A stretch of DNA of 63,375 nt, counting the filler, from Octopus bimaculoides (taxonomy: Eukaryota): the NCBI RefSeq assembly GCF_001194135.2. It is 4 parts of 4 records of this genome, joined end to end, with 100 filler letters (N's around TTAATTAATTAA, not from the genome) between each part and the next. Parts side by side here need not be neighbours in the genome. Positions count along the whole stretch, not along the records: positions 47,751 to 63,375 come from NC_069010.1; 3 more parts are not named here. The stretch is one strand, 5' to 3'. The translations under genes were made by a program, and so were the position numbers. Of the stretch, positions 51,480 through 61,715 are shown one piece after another (the first letter of the stretch is position 1; every line of letters begins with the position of its first letter). The notes under the pieces were generated by a model that saw only the letters and a program-made list of their open reading frames with translations, searched no databases and had not been told where the DNA came from.

Positions 51480-52212
51480 GATTTAGGTCTCACTTGGCTT
51501 GCCAAGTCACCTATATAGTCAATCAGATGATACATGAAGGAGTCATACCCAAGGAGCCGTACCTGTTTAAAACTAAGTGGACTGGATACAATAGTGAACT
51601 GTGCCTCCACAATGTACCTATTTTCAGCAAGATTGTCAAGGTATACTAATGAACTGTGTCTCTATAGAGTTCGAAGACGGACTAATGTGTCTTGCAAACA
51701 ACTTGCACATGCAAGTGCTACCAGTCAAGAATTCCGCATACCGGAAGCCAGCAAGTGTATGGGGTCATCAGGAGAGAATGCGCGCCGTTTCGGGGCCTAC
51801 CTCTCGACGGCATCAATGCGCACCGGCTCCCCTCACTGATATGAGGCCCCGCTTGCTAGATCAACTGGTTATTAAACAAAGCTCAATCTTTCTCTAGCCA
51901 TCGCTCATCGTCTCTTTTTAACCAAATCCAGTGGCTAGCCTTCTCCACTGTAGTTTGGATATCGGTAATGGTGGTATTTACCTTCCGATGAGTTAGGCCT
52001 AACGATAACAGCAGTCGTTTCACACTGTGTCCAACAAATCCTCTACATCCGACTTCGATTGGAAAATGCTCCGCTTTCCAGCCTGCATCTTCACATTTCT
52101 CGAGGAGGTTTCCATAACGGTCCATCTTTCGAGCCCGCGCGGCGTCCATATTATCTTCATGAGGAACCGTTAACTCAACTAGATTTACAACTTTTCTTCT
52201 TTCACACAACAT
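51480..52212 (-). mobile_element. 3' fragment of a REL-endonuclease non-LTR retrotransposon (Hero/R4/NeSL-like) with 3' UTR
   Basis: ORF 51883-52212: KVVNLVELTVPHEDNMDAARARKMDRY..L..KCEDAGWKAEHFPIEVGCRGF...TVEKASHWIWLKR, the PD-(D/E)xK REL C-terminus pattern ELTVP.E...K..KY...VEVG.RG. The 3' boundary is approximate. Confidence 0.85.
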
Positions 52213-52309
52213 ACTAAAATTTCATTAATTACTAAACAAAAGTAATTACTGATTTTTTTTCTTAATAATTCTAATAATTTTAGTTTTATTTCATTTGTAG
52301 TTTATTTAC

Positions 52310-52416
52310 CTTATTGTTGGGCTAGTCTTGCTTTTGTTTAAAGAATTAAGCGTTTTCTTTTCATTAGTTCGGATCTGAATATCACTAAATTCATAACTTC
52401 TAGATAAAATATCCAA
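52310..52416 (-). CDS. HFM1: HFM1 exon (107 nt, phase 0 to 2)
   Basis: ttttccAG|LDILSRSYEFSDIQIRTNEKKTLNSLNKSKTSPTI AG|GTaaat. Human-like EFLDIQLRINEKKTLNTLNK...TIR. Confidence 0.92.
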
Positions 52417-52523
52417 CTGGAAAAAACAACAAACAAAAGCAAATCAGAAAAAAAGAAGAAAAAAAGTAAGGGTATAGGTACAAGCATGGCTGTGTGGTTA
52501 AAAAGCTCACTTTGCAACCATGT

Positions 52524-52920
52524 GGCGCAGGAGTGGCTGTGTGGTAAGTAGCTTGCTTACCAACCACATGGTTCCGGGTTCAGTCCCACTGCGTGGCACC
52601 TTGGGCAAGTGTCTTCTACTACAGCCTCGGGCCGACCAAAGCCTTTTTAAGTGGATTTCGTAGACGGAAACTGAAAGAAGCCCGTCGTATATATGTATCT
52701 ATATATGTATGTGTGTGTATATGTTTGTCCCCACAACATCGCTTGACAACCGATGCTGGTGTGTTTACGTCCCCGTAACTTAGCGGTCTCGGCAAAAAAG
52801 AGACCGATAGAATAAGTACTAGGCTTACAAAGAATAAGTCCTGGGGTCGATTTGCTCGACTAAAAGGCGGTGCTCCAGCATGGCCACAGTCAAATGACTG
52901 AAACAAGTAAAAAAGAGTAA
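52524..52920 (+). mobile_element. tRNA-derived SINE family A, full length
   Basis: GGCGCAGGAGTGGCTGTGTGGTAAGTAGCTTGC ... CAGTCAAATGACTGAAACAAGTAAAAAAGAGTAA. Confidence 0.93.
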
Positions 52921-53070
52921 AAAAAAAAAAAGATGTGGTTTCAAGTTCAGTCTCACTGCATGGCACCTTGGGCAAACGTCTTCCACTTTATGCCTAGACT
53001 AGTCTATACCTTGTGAATGAATTTGGTTGACAGAAACTGTGTGGAAGCCTGTTGTATATATACATACATA

Positions 53071-53106
<36 letters not shown>

Positions 53107-53336
53107 TTAATTATTGGGGACAGAAGCAGTATTAGTACCAAAAGGCTATCTTTGTATCCAACTTAACATAGATGTCTTATTAGAACACGGAATACAATGT
53201 TATTAGCCTTGAGAGATCTTTTATAGACATCATCATCATTTAACATCCTTTTTCCATGCTGGCATGAATTGGACAGTTTGACTGGGCTAGCATACTGGAA
53301 GGCTGCACCATTATTATTATCATTATTATTATTATC

Positions 53337-53700
53337 TTTTACTCGTCTCAGTTATTTTGACTGCAGCCATGCTGGGACACCACCTAGAAAGGTTTTCATC
53401 AAGCAAATTTACTCCTGGACTTATTTTTGTAAGCCTAGTATTTATTTTATAGGTTTCTTTTGCTGAACTGCTAAGTTACAGGGACATAAACACACCAGCA
53501 CCAGTTGCTGAGCAGTGGTGTGGGACAAACAGACACTAACGCACACATACATATATATACGTACGGTGGGTTTCTTTTAGTTTCCCTCTACCAAATCCAC
53601 CTCATGGCCCAAGGCTGTATTAGAAGATACTTGCTCAAAGTGCCATGCAGTGGGTCTGAACCTGGAACCATGTGTTTGAGAAGTGAGCTTCTTACCACAT
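53337..53700 (-). mobile_element. tRNA-derived SINE family A (diverged), inverted relative to 52524-52920
   Basis: Reverse-complement match to family A. Confidence 0.85.
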
Positions 53701-53739
53701 ACATGTCTCCTCCTCCTCCTCCTCATCATCATCATCACC

Positions 53740-53773
<34 letters not shown>

Positions 53774-53842
53774 TCATCACCATCATCACCACCACCATCA
53801 TCACCACCACCACCACCACCATCATTATTATTATTATTATTC

Positions 53843-54040
53843 AAGGTAGCAAACTGGCCAAATTGATAGCACACCAGGAAAAATGCTTAGTAGGATTTCC
53901 TCTGTCTTAACGTTCTGAGTTCAAATTCCACTGAGGTCGGCTTTGTCTTTCATCGTTTCAGGGTTGAATAAAATAGGTACCGTTTGAGGACTGGGGTAGA
54001 TGTAATCAATTTACCCACTCCCCTGAAACTGCTGGCCGTG
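53843..54040 (+). mobile_element. tRNA-derived SINE family B
   Basis: GTTCTGAGTTCAAATTCCACTGAGGTCGGCTTTGTCTTTCATC. Confidence 0.85.
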
Positions 54041-54077
54041 AGCCATAAATCTGTAACCATTACTATTATTATTATCA

Positions 54078-54112
<35 letters not shown>

Positions 54113-54117
54113 TTTAC

Positions 54118-54209
54118 CTGTTCACTTAAACCTTCTGATCCAGTTAATTTAGCAAAACTTTTCATTGTGGCAAATGCTATGCAGTATCTGGCCATCAGTC
54201 GTCCCATAT
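54118..54209 (-). CDS. HFM1: HFM1 exon (92 nt, phase 1 to 0)
   Basis: ctctcAG|AT MGRLMARYCIAFATMKSFAKLTGSEGLSEQ|GTaaaa. Confidence 0.93.
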
Positions 54210-54677
54210 CTGAGAGGATCAAAATTAAAAAACAAGGTCATTCATAGTCATTTAAGGCAGGGGTTTTCAAACTTTTTGACTTGCGGACCCCTTTATATTT
54301 CAGGCTTTATACCCTTATAAACGCTTATGAAATTTATACATAAATATTTGCTTAAAATAACATATATTTTTACATTTATTTATTTAACAGTATTTAACAG
54401 AATAGGTTTATTGCCAATTAAAAGATTTCGATTAAAAAACATATATAANNNNNNNNNNNNNNNNNNNNNNNNNNNNNNNNNNNNNNNNNNNNNNNNNNNN
54501 NNNNNNNNNNNNNNNNNNNNNNNNNNNNNNNNNNNNNNNNNNNNNNNNNNNNNNNNNNNNNNNNNNNNNNNNNNNNNNNNNNNNNNNNNNNNNNNNNNNN
54601 NNNNNNNNNNNNNNNNNNNNNNNNNNNNNNNNNNNNNNNNNNNNNNNNNNNNNNNNNNNNNNNNNNNNNNTTTAAGG

Positions 54678-54967
54678 CAGGGGTTTTCAAACTTTTTGAC
54701 TTGCGGACCCCTTTATATTTCAGGCTTTATACCCTTATAAACGCTTATGAAATTTATACATAAATATTTGCTTAAAATAACATATATTTTTACATTTATT
54801 TATTTAACAGTATTTAACAAAATAGGTTTATTGTCAATTAAAAGATTTCGATTAAAAACCATATATAAAAATCAAATTGCCCATAAAAAGCATTTGCTGT
54901 CCACGGACCCCCTGTCTTGTCCTTGCGGACCCCCTGTGGTCCGAGGACCACAGTTTGAAAACCCCTG
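54678..54967. mobile_element. Complete hAT-type MITE with 16-bp TIRs and 8-bp TSD
   Basis: TIR CAGGGGTTTTCAAACT / AGTTTGAAAACCCCTG. TSD ATTTAAGG at 54968-54975 and at 54250-54257 in the duplicated left flank. Confidence 0.92.
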
Positions 54968-55139
54968 ATTTAAGGGACTGGGTCAGTTAATTAAGACAAA
55001 ATAACATAGGAAAAAACGCAAAGTAAAAATATATCCTCATCATTAGCACAAGCCATACCATGACACCCACCTTCATCATCATTGTCATCATCACCATAAC
55101 CACATCATCATCTCCGTCATCATCATCACCACCACCACA

Positions 55140-55283
55140 CTCATCCTACTCTGCTAGATATTTTAAACATCTCAGCAGAAATACCTGATGAGCCAGGTGG
55201 GGGGGGGGCCTTCCTTTTCTTCATATCCTTAATTGCTTTATCTACTAAGCTACTGTCAATTTGGATAGCTGGTCCCTCAGTTG
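55140..55283 (-). mobile_element. RTE-like LINE fragment upstream of RT
   Basis: EGPAIQIDSSLVDKAIKDMKKRKAP..GSSGISAEMFK matches the K.GKAPGP.GI.AEMLK pattern. Confidence 0.7.
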
Positions 55284-55293
55284 NNNNNNNNNN

Positions 55294-55488
55294 AGAAACA
55301 GGAAGTAAGTGTGAGAGAAAGTTGTGGTGGAAGAGTACAGCAGGGTTCGCCACCATCCCCTGCCGGAGCCTCGTGGAGCTTTAGGTGTTTTCGCTCAATA
55401 AACACTCACAACGCCCGGTCTGGGAATCGAAACCGCGATCCTGTGACCGCGAGTCCGCTGCCCTAACCACTGGACCATTGCGCCTCCA
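55294..55488 (-). mobile_element. SINE family D, 5' half
   Basis: Nearly identical to 48555-48745. Confidence 0.9.
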
Positions 55489-55591
55489 CTCATGCCAGCA
55501 TGGAAAGCGGATATTAAACGATGATGATCCGGCTGCTGTTTCTTGCAGACTCAGTGACTGTGTAGAAGCTCCTTTTTATTGTTTAGCTTAC

Positions 55592-55675
55592 CGGTTGGTT
55601 TAATGTCAAAGGTATCTTCATCCAAGACAATAAGGGCCACACTAGCTAAGTGGTTCAGATTCTGTAGGCACAAAT
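55592..55675 (-). CDS. HFM1: HFM1 exon (84 nt, phase 1 to 1)
   Basis: ttttcAG|AT LCLQNLNHLASVALIVLDEDTFDIKPT G|GTaagc. Human-like ELCLKNLNDLSSLDLIKMDEGVNFKPT. Confidence 0.92.
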
Positions 55676-56199
55676 CTGAAAAACAAGAGTTCAAATTTAA
55701 CAAGTGAGTACACACAGATTAGCATGTAAATGTGTGTGTGAGTACATTATCTGTGTCTATGTGCATATCTTCTATGTTTTACTTGCTACAATCATTAGAC
55801 TGTGGCCATGCTGGGGCACCACCTTCAGGAACTTTTAGTTGGATGAATTGACCCCACCAGTAATTATTTTGTGAAAACTGGTACTTACTCAGTTTCTTTT
55901 GCTGAACCACTAATATACAAGGACATAAACACACCAACACCGGTTTCAGGTGGTGAATTATATTTTACTCCTCCCCAAACCCACACAATGGTTTTACTGC
56001 TATAACACCTGGATTTTCTACACCTGAAGAATTTCAGCCTTACTTTTAAGACTATAATCTGAAGTTCATGCCTAACCATTATGTACCTACTGTAATACTA
56101 AAACTACACTATGACAGGGATGGATTCAGAGGGGGGGGGGAGGATAGGGGGGATGCCCCACTACCATCACCACCAACCAAGAAACTTTTTCAAATTTGA

Positions 56200-56600
56200 C
56201 TGTTTTGTTTAAATATGTAAATGATAGAAAGTATATTTTTGTACCAGCAACAAACAACCCTTGAAGCGTTCAATATAAACATTAACTTTTTTCAATATCT
56301 CTGTCATTTCATTGATCAATTGCAATGAATCGGACCTCAGATCCATTAACCACCAGAAATTTCTGGATTCACTCCTGCACTGCAATACTCCAGTTCGACT
56401 ATTCGCTGTTTGGCCCACCAGTGATTTTTATCTTCAAGTGTTTCGTCAGTTCATGCAAGTGGAGAGCAATAGTCAAAGTGGCTTAGAACAAGTGTCCTCC
56501 GGATCACCATCATGGTTTCCTGATCTCTTGTTCGAAAAGTCCTAAGAATCCATCCGGTCAGTTGCCTGCATTTCATTGACAATTTAGCAACATGAACTTA
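56200..56600 (-). mobile_element. CR1/L2-like LINE fragment downstream of RT core
   Basis: Minus frame GWILRTFRTRDQETMMVIRRTLVLSHFDYCSPL. Confidence 0.75.
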
Positions 56601-57548
56601 TAGAGTATTTATTTTTTTTTTTTTTGTCCCAGACAAAGGAAAAACTAAACTCCACAATAGGAAAATTGTGAGAAATACGGAATGACATTTTATTGCAGTT
56701 ACACTTTGTAAAAATACCACATGAACATGACATCCCAAATAGTTCCAAGGAGGGGTGTGAAGAATTACTTCCTGGAAAGTTCCGAGGAAAGGGGAGGAGG
56801 GGGATGAGTGTTTGTNNNNNNNNNNNNNNNNNNNNNNNNNNNNNNNNNNNNNNNNNNNNNNNNNNNNNNNNNNNNNNNNNNNNNNNNNNNNNNNNNNNNN
56901 NNNNNNNNNNNNNNNNNNNNNNNNNNNNNNNNNNNNNNNNNNNNNNNNNNNNNNNNNNNNNNNNNNNNNNNNNNNNNNNNNNNNNNNNNNNNNNNNNNNN
57001 NNNNNNNNNNNNNNNNNNNNNNNNNNNNNNNNNNNNNNNNNNNNNNNNNNNNNNNNNNNNNNNNNNNNNNNNNNNNNNNNNNNNNNNNNNNNNNNNNNNN
57101 NNNNNNNNNNNNNNNNNNNNNNNNNNNNNNNNNNNNNNNNNNNNNNNNNNNNNNNNNNNNNNNNNNNNNNNNNNNNNNNNNNNNNNNNNNNNNNNNNNNN
57201 NNNNNNNNNNNNNNNNNNNNNNNNNNNNNNNNNNNNNNNNNNNNNNNNNNNNNNNNNNNNNNNNNNNNNNNNNNNNNNNNNNNNNNNNNNNNNNNNNNNN
57301 NNNNNNNNNNNNNNNNNNNNNNNNNNNNNNNNNNNNNNNNNNNNNNNNNNNNNNNNNNNNNNNNNNNNNNNNNNNNNNNNNNNNNNNNNNNNNNNNNNNN
57401 NNNNNNNNNNNNNNNNNNNNNNNNNNNNNNNNNNNNNNNNNNNNNNNNNNNNNNNNNNNNNNATGATCAGGGCAACAAGTACAACTGACCCACACAGAGA
57501 TGTAAATCTCTATTGATGTATTCAATCCACCTCAGAATATATTCTTAC

Positions 57549-57596
57549 CTTGTAGATATTTCTCCATTTGTGCATTGGTCATTTTATCAGATATGC
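57549..57596 (-). CDS. HFM1: HFM1 exon (48 nt, phase 1 to 1)
   Basis: attacAG|GC ISDKMTNAQMEKYLQ G|GTaaga. Positionally equivalent to human GFASGLNKDGIEAKLQ. Confidence 0.8.
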
Positions 57597-57601
57597 CTGT
57601 A

Positions 57602-57644
<43 letters not shown>

Positions 57645-57646
<2 letters not shown>

Positions 57647-57860
57647 TTGATTCCAAATTTTGGCACAAGGTTAGCAATTTTGCGGGAGGGTGTAGGTCAA
57701 TCACATTGATCACAGTGCTCGAGTGATGACTTATTTTATCAATCCTGAAATCCCGAAAGGCAGAGTCGACCTCAGCAGAATTTGAACCCAGAACGTAAAG
57801 ACAGACAGAATGCTAAGCAGCATTTTGTTTGGCTTTCTATCAATTCTGTCAGCTCACCCA
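57645..57860 (-). mobile_element. tRNA-derived SINE family B
   Basis: GAAAGGCAGAGTCGACCTCAGCAGAATTTGAACCCAGAACGTAAAGAC. Confidence 0.85.
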
Positions 57861-57879
57861 CCTTACAGTTATATACTGG

Positions 57880-58125
57880 CACTCCATCAGTTACAAATGA
57901 CGAAGTTTCCAGTTGATATGATCGACGGGACAGCCTGCTCATGGAGTTAGCATGCAAATGGCTGTGTGGTAAGAAGTTTGCTTCACAGCTGCATGGTTCC
58001 GTGTTCAGTTCCAATGTGTGGCACCTTGGGCAAGTGTTATCTACTATAGCCTTGAGCCAACCAAAGCCTTCTGAGTGGACTTGGTAAATGGAAACTGGAA
58101 GAAACCCATCAGGTATGTGTGCATG
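57880..58125. mobile_element. Chimeric SINE: family D tail (minus) joined to family A head (plus)
   Basis: ...CAGCCTGCTCATGGAGTTAGCATGCAAA-TGGCTG-TGTGGTAAGAAGTTTGC... Junction at the shared hexamer, ~57959-57964. Confidence 0.7.
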
Positions 58126-58175
58126 TGTGTGTATGTATGCATATATATATATATATATATATAAAAAGATTTAAG

Positions 58176-58217
58176 GAATGGAGAAAACGCATGTTATAAC
58201 ATGCGTTTTCTCCATTC
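58176..58217. repeat. Perfect 42-bp palindrome with no spacer
   Basis: GAATGGAGAAAACGCATGTTA|TAACATGCGTTTTCTCCATTC. Confidence 0.95.
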
Positions 58218-59185
58218 TTCAAATTTTTTAATATACTCAAATACCCAAAATATCAAGGAGTTTCTGCCTCACCAACAGGAATTACACCACAGCTATTTTG
58301 TGATCTTTGCTACCTTGGTTTCTTTTAACCCATTTATTCTATCAGAATTATTATTTATTAGGNNNNNNNNNNNNNNNNNNNNNNNNNNNNNNNNNNNNNN
58401 NNNNNNNNNNNNNNNNNNNNNNNNNNNNNNNNNNNNNNNNNNNNNNNNNNNNNNNNNNNNNNNNNNNNNNNNNNNNNNNNNNNNNNNNNNNNNNNNNNNN
58501 NNNNNNNNNNNNNNNNNNNNNNNNNNNNNNNNNNNNNNNNNNNNNNNNNNNNNNNNNNNNNNNNNNNNNNNNNNNNNNNNNNNNNNNNNNNNNNNNNNNN
58601 NNNNNNNNNNNNNNNNNNNNNNNNNNNNNNNNNNNNNNNNNNNNNNNNNNNNNNNNNNNNNNNNNNNNNNNNNNNNNNNNNNNNNNNNNNNNNNNNNNNN
58701 NNNNNNNNNNNNNNNNNNNNNNNNNNNNNNNNNNNNNNNNNNNNNNNNNNNNNNNNNNNNNNNNNNNNNNNNNNNNNNNNNNNNNNNNNNNNNNNNNNNN
58801 NNNNNNNNNNNNNNNNNNNNNNNNNNNNNNNNNNNNNNNNNNNNNNNNNNNNNNNNNNNNNNNNNNNNNNNNNNNNNNNNNNNNNNNNNNNNNNNNNNNN
58901 NNNNNNNNNNNNNNNNNNNNNNNNNNNNNNNNNNNNNNNNNNNNNNNNNNNNNNNNNNNNNNNNNNNNNNNNNNNNNNNNNNNNNNNNNNNNNNNNNNNN
59001 NNNNNNNNNNNNNNNNNNNNNNNNNNNNNNNNNNNNNNNNNNNNNNNNNNNNNNNNNNNNNNNNNNNNNNNNNNNNNNNNNNNNNNNNNNNNNNNNNNNN
59101 NNNNNNNNNNNNNNNNNNNNNNNNNNNNNNNNNNNNNNNNNNNNNNNNNNNNNNNNNNNNNNNNNNNNNNNNNNNNNNNNNNNNN

Positions 59186-59227
<42 letters not shown>

Positions 59228-59299
59228 AGGAGGGTAGTAGTAGGGGTGGTGGTTGTTGTGGTGGTGGTAGTAGTAGTAGTAGTGGTGGTGATGGTGGTT

Positions 59300-59356
<57 letters not shown>

Positions 59357-59427
59357 AGGAGGGTAGTAGTAGTGGTGGTGGTGGTTGTGGTGGATGTTGT
59401 GGTGGTTGTAGTAGTAGTGTAGTGATG

Positions 59428-59462
<35 letters not shown>

Positions 59463-59509
59463 GGTGATGGATGTTGTGGTGGTTGTAGTAGTAGTATAGT
59501 GAAGTGATG

Positions 59510-59540
<31 letters not shown>

Positions 59541-59565
59541 CAGCAGCAGTAATTGTAGTAGTAGT
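59186..59565. repeat. (TAG/TGG)n compound trinucleotide tract
   Basis: Direct inspection. Confidence 0.95.
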
Positions 59566-59856
59566 CAGTTGGTTAACATGCTAGTGGTCAGGTAAGTGAG
59601 GTCAGGGTGTGTTGGTCTGCTGTGCGATGGGTGTATGGAAATGTATATTTGGCAAGGAGGTGCATGTCATAAGGGTGTTTGCATGACGTAAGGAGCATTT
59701 TAAAATAAGGCAGGATGTGTGTTAGGTGAGACAAAGTGTGTGCTATGTGAGGTAAGGCGTGATAAAATAAGGCAATTTTTGTGTTATGCGAATTAAAATG
59801 TGTATTTTAAAACAAGGCAAGAAGCATGTAGTATGTGATGTGTCCAATAGACTGAC

Positions 59857-59903
59857 CTGCTCTCAATAACTTGCATACCATTTACCAAATTTTCATATTT
59901 GCT
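59857..59903 (-). CDS. HFM1: HFM1 exon (47 nt, phase 0 to 2)
   Basis: tttccAG|SKYENLVNGMQVIES AG|GTcagt. Confidence 0.9.
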
Positions 59904-60012
59904 CTGGAAACAAAGGAAAAATAGAATGAAAGGAAAGAAAAAGTTTATTAAGAACCTGTTGTTTTTAAACCCAGGTGAGTCCTGATCCAGCAAACCTATT
60001 ATCAAATGTATG

Positions 60013-60560
60013 GAGGTGCAATGGCCCAGTAGTTAGGGCAGTGGACTCACGGTCATAGGATCGCGGTTTTGATTCCCAGTTCCAGTTTATCCGAACAATG
60101 GAACAGCCTGCTCGTGAAATTAACGTGCAAGTGGCTGAGCACTCCACAGACACGTGTACCCTTAACGTAGTTCTCAGGGATATTCAGCATGACACAGTGT
60201 GACAAGGCTGACCCTTTGAATTACAGGCACAACAGAAACAGGAAGAAAGAGTGAGAGAAAGTTGTGGTGAAAGAGTACAGCAGGGTTCACCACCATCCCC
60301 TGCCGGAGCCTCGTGGAGATTTAGGTGTTTTTGCTCAATAAACACTCACAATGCCCGGTCTGGGAATCGAAACCGCGATCCTACGACCGCGAGTCCGCTG
60401 CCCTAACCACTGGGCCATTGCGCCTCCATTCCCTGAGAACTACATTAAGAATATATGTGTCTGTGGAGTGCTCAGCCACTTGCATGCTAATTTGACAAGC
60501 AGGTTGCTTTGTCGATCAGATCAATTGGAACCTTCGTTGCCATAACCAATGGAGAGACAG
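60013..60560. mobile_element. Composite family D SINE: plus head, inverted copy, plus tail
   Basis: Plus head 60013-60079, minus copy ~60080-60428, plus tail ~60429-60560. Confidence 0.85.
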
Positions 60561-60589
60561 TTGTAGTTGTGATATAATAAATAGCTTAC

Positions 60590-60637
60590 CTTATTACTCA
60601 TCTTGGTCAATATCACAGCTGTAGCACTGGTGTCAAA
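60590..60637 (-). CDS. HFM1: HFM1 exon (48 nt, phase 0 to 0)
   Basis: ctttcAG|FDTSATAVILTKMSNK|GTaagc. Confidence 0.93.
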
Positions 60638-60724
60638 CTGAAAGTAAAACGCATTAATTAAAACCTTTAGCATGTATACATACATACATATTTTGTATTT
60701 CATACCCTAACTATTATATTTAAT

Positions 60725-61050
60725 CATCATCATTGTTTAACGTCCGCTTTCCATGCTAGCATGGGTTGGACGATTTGACTGAGGACTGGTGAAACCAGAT
60801 GGCTACACCAGGCTCCAATCTGATTTGGCAGAGTTTCTACAGCTGGATGCCCTTCCTAATGCCAACCGCTCAGAGAGTGTAGTGGGTGCTTTTACGTGTC
60901 ACCTATACAGAGGTCAGTCAGATGGTACTGGCAACGGCCACGCTCAAAATGGTGTATTTTATGTGCCACCCGCACAAGAGCCAGTCCAGGAGCACTGGCA
61001 ACGATCTCGCTCGAAAATCCTTACACATGTCACAGGCACAAGTGCCATAT
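60725..61050 (+). mobile_element. Interspersed repeat family C, near-consensus
   Basis: CATCATTGTTTAACGTCCGCTTTCCATGCTAGCATGGG...GGATGCCCTTCCTAATGCCAACC. A second copy at 61716-62262 has an internal gap. Confidence 0.9.
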
Positions 61051-61269
61051 TAATATATCTAATTGCCTACACACACATACATATATACACGACGGGCTTC
61101 TTTCAGTTCCCATCTACCAAATCCACAACGATTTGGTCACCTGAAGCTATAGTAGAAGACATACCCAAGGAACAAGACAGTGGGGACTGAACCCAGAACC
61201 ATGTGGTTGGGAAGCAAGCTTCTTACCACCAGCCACTCCTCTAAGTCTGCAAGTTACACTTATACGCAC

Positions 61270-61415
61270 CTGTGGTCGTCCAGCTCTGCCGATCATCTGT
61301 AAAATCTGTGATTCTGAATATTCCTGATGGTTCCCCATCACATAATACTGAGTTGACATAATGACCACAAGGTGAGCAGGAAGGTTCACTCCCATTGCCA
61401 GAGTTGAGGTGGCCA
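61270..61415 (-). CDS. HFM1: HFM1 exon (146 nt, phase 1 to 0), helicase motifs V-VI
   Basis: cttctAG|[50 protein letters not shown]|GTgcgt. Confidence 0.95.
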
Positions 61416-61472
61416 CTAGAAGATAGAAAGATTAACACTTTAGCATTCAGATGTCTCTGTCAAATTAAATGC

Positions 61473-61715
61473 TTATTTATTACCTCTGCCTTAGCAAAGG
61501 CAGGGGTATTGTTTATAGTCATGTTTGTTTGTTTGTCTGTCTGTGGACAAGATATCTCAAGAACTACTGGATGGATACAAATGAAATTTTCAGGGATGTT
61601 TGGCCTCATGACTGGCACGAATTGGTTAGATTTTGGAATCAATCCAGTACCAGACAAGGATTCTGGATTATTTTTCCTGCTTTTTTTACTTAATTTTTGA
61701 GAGTGGTCGGGTTCA
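61473..61715 (+). mobile_element. Non-autonomous Helentron/HINE (DINE-1-like) element
   Basis: TTATTACCTCTGCCTTAGCAAAGGCAGGGG hairpin head, (TTTG/TCTG)n, then AAGATATCTCAAGAACT...ATGAAATTTT. Confidence 0.55.

Noticed and set aside
54258-54448. Apparent tandem duplication of the hAT MITE
   Set aside because: Overlapping sequence either side of an N gap with few differences. Most likely unmerged haplotypes.
60013-60085. tRNA gene calls for SINE heads (also 48670-48745, 55410-55488)
   Set aside because: A/B boxes are followed by SINE bodies and lack a complete cloverleaf acceptor stem.
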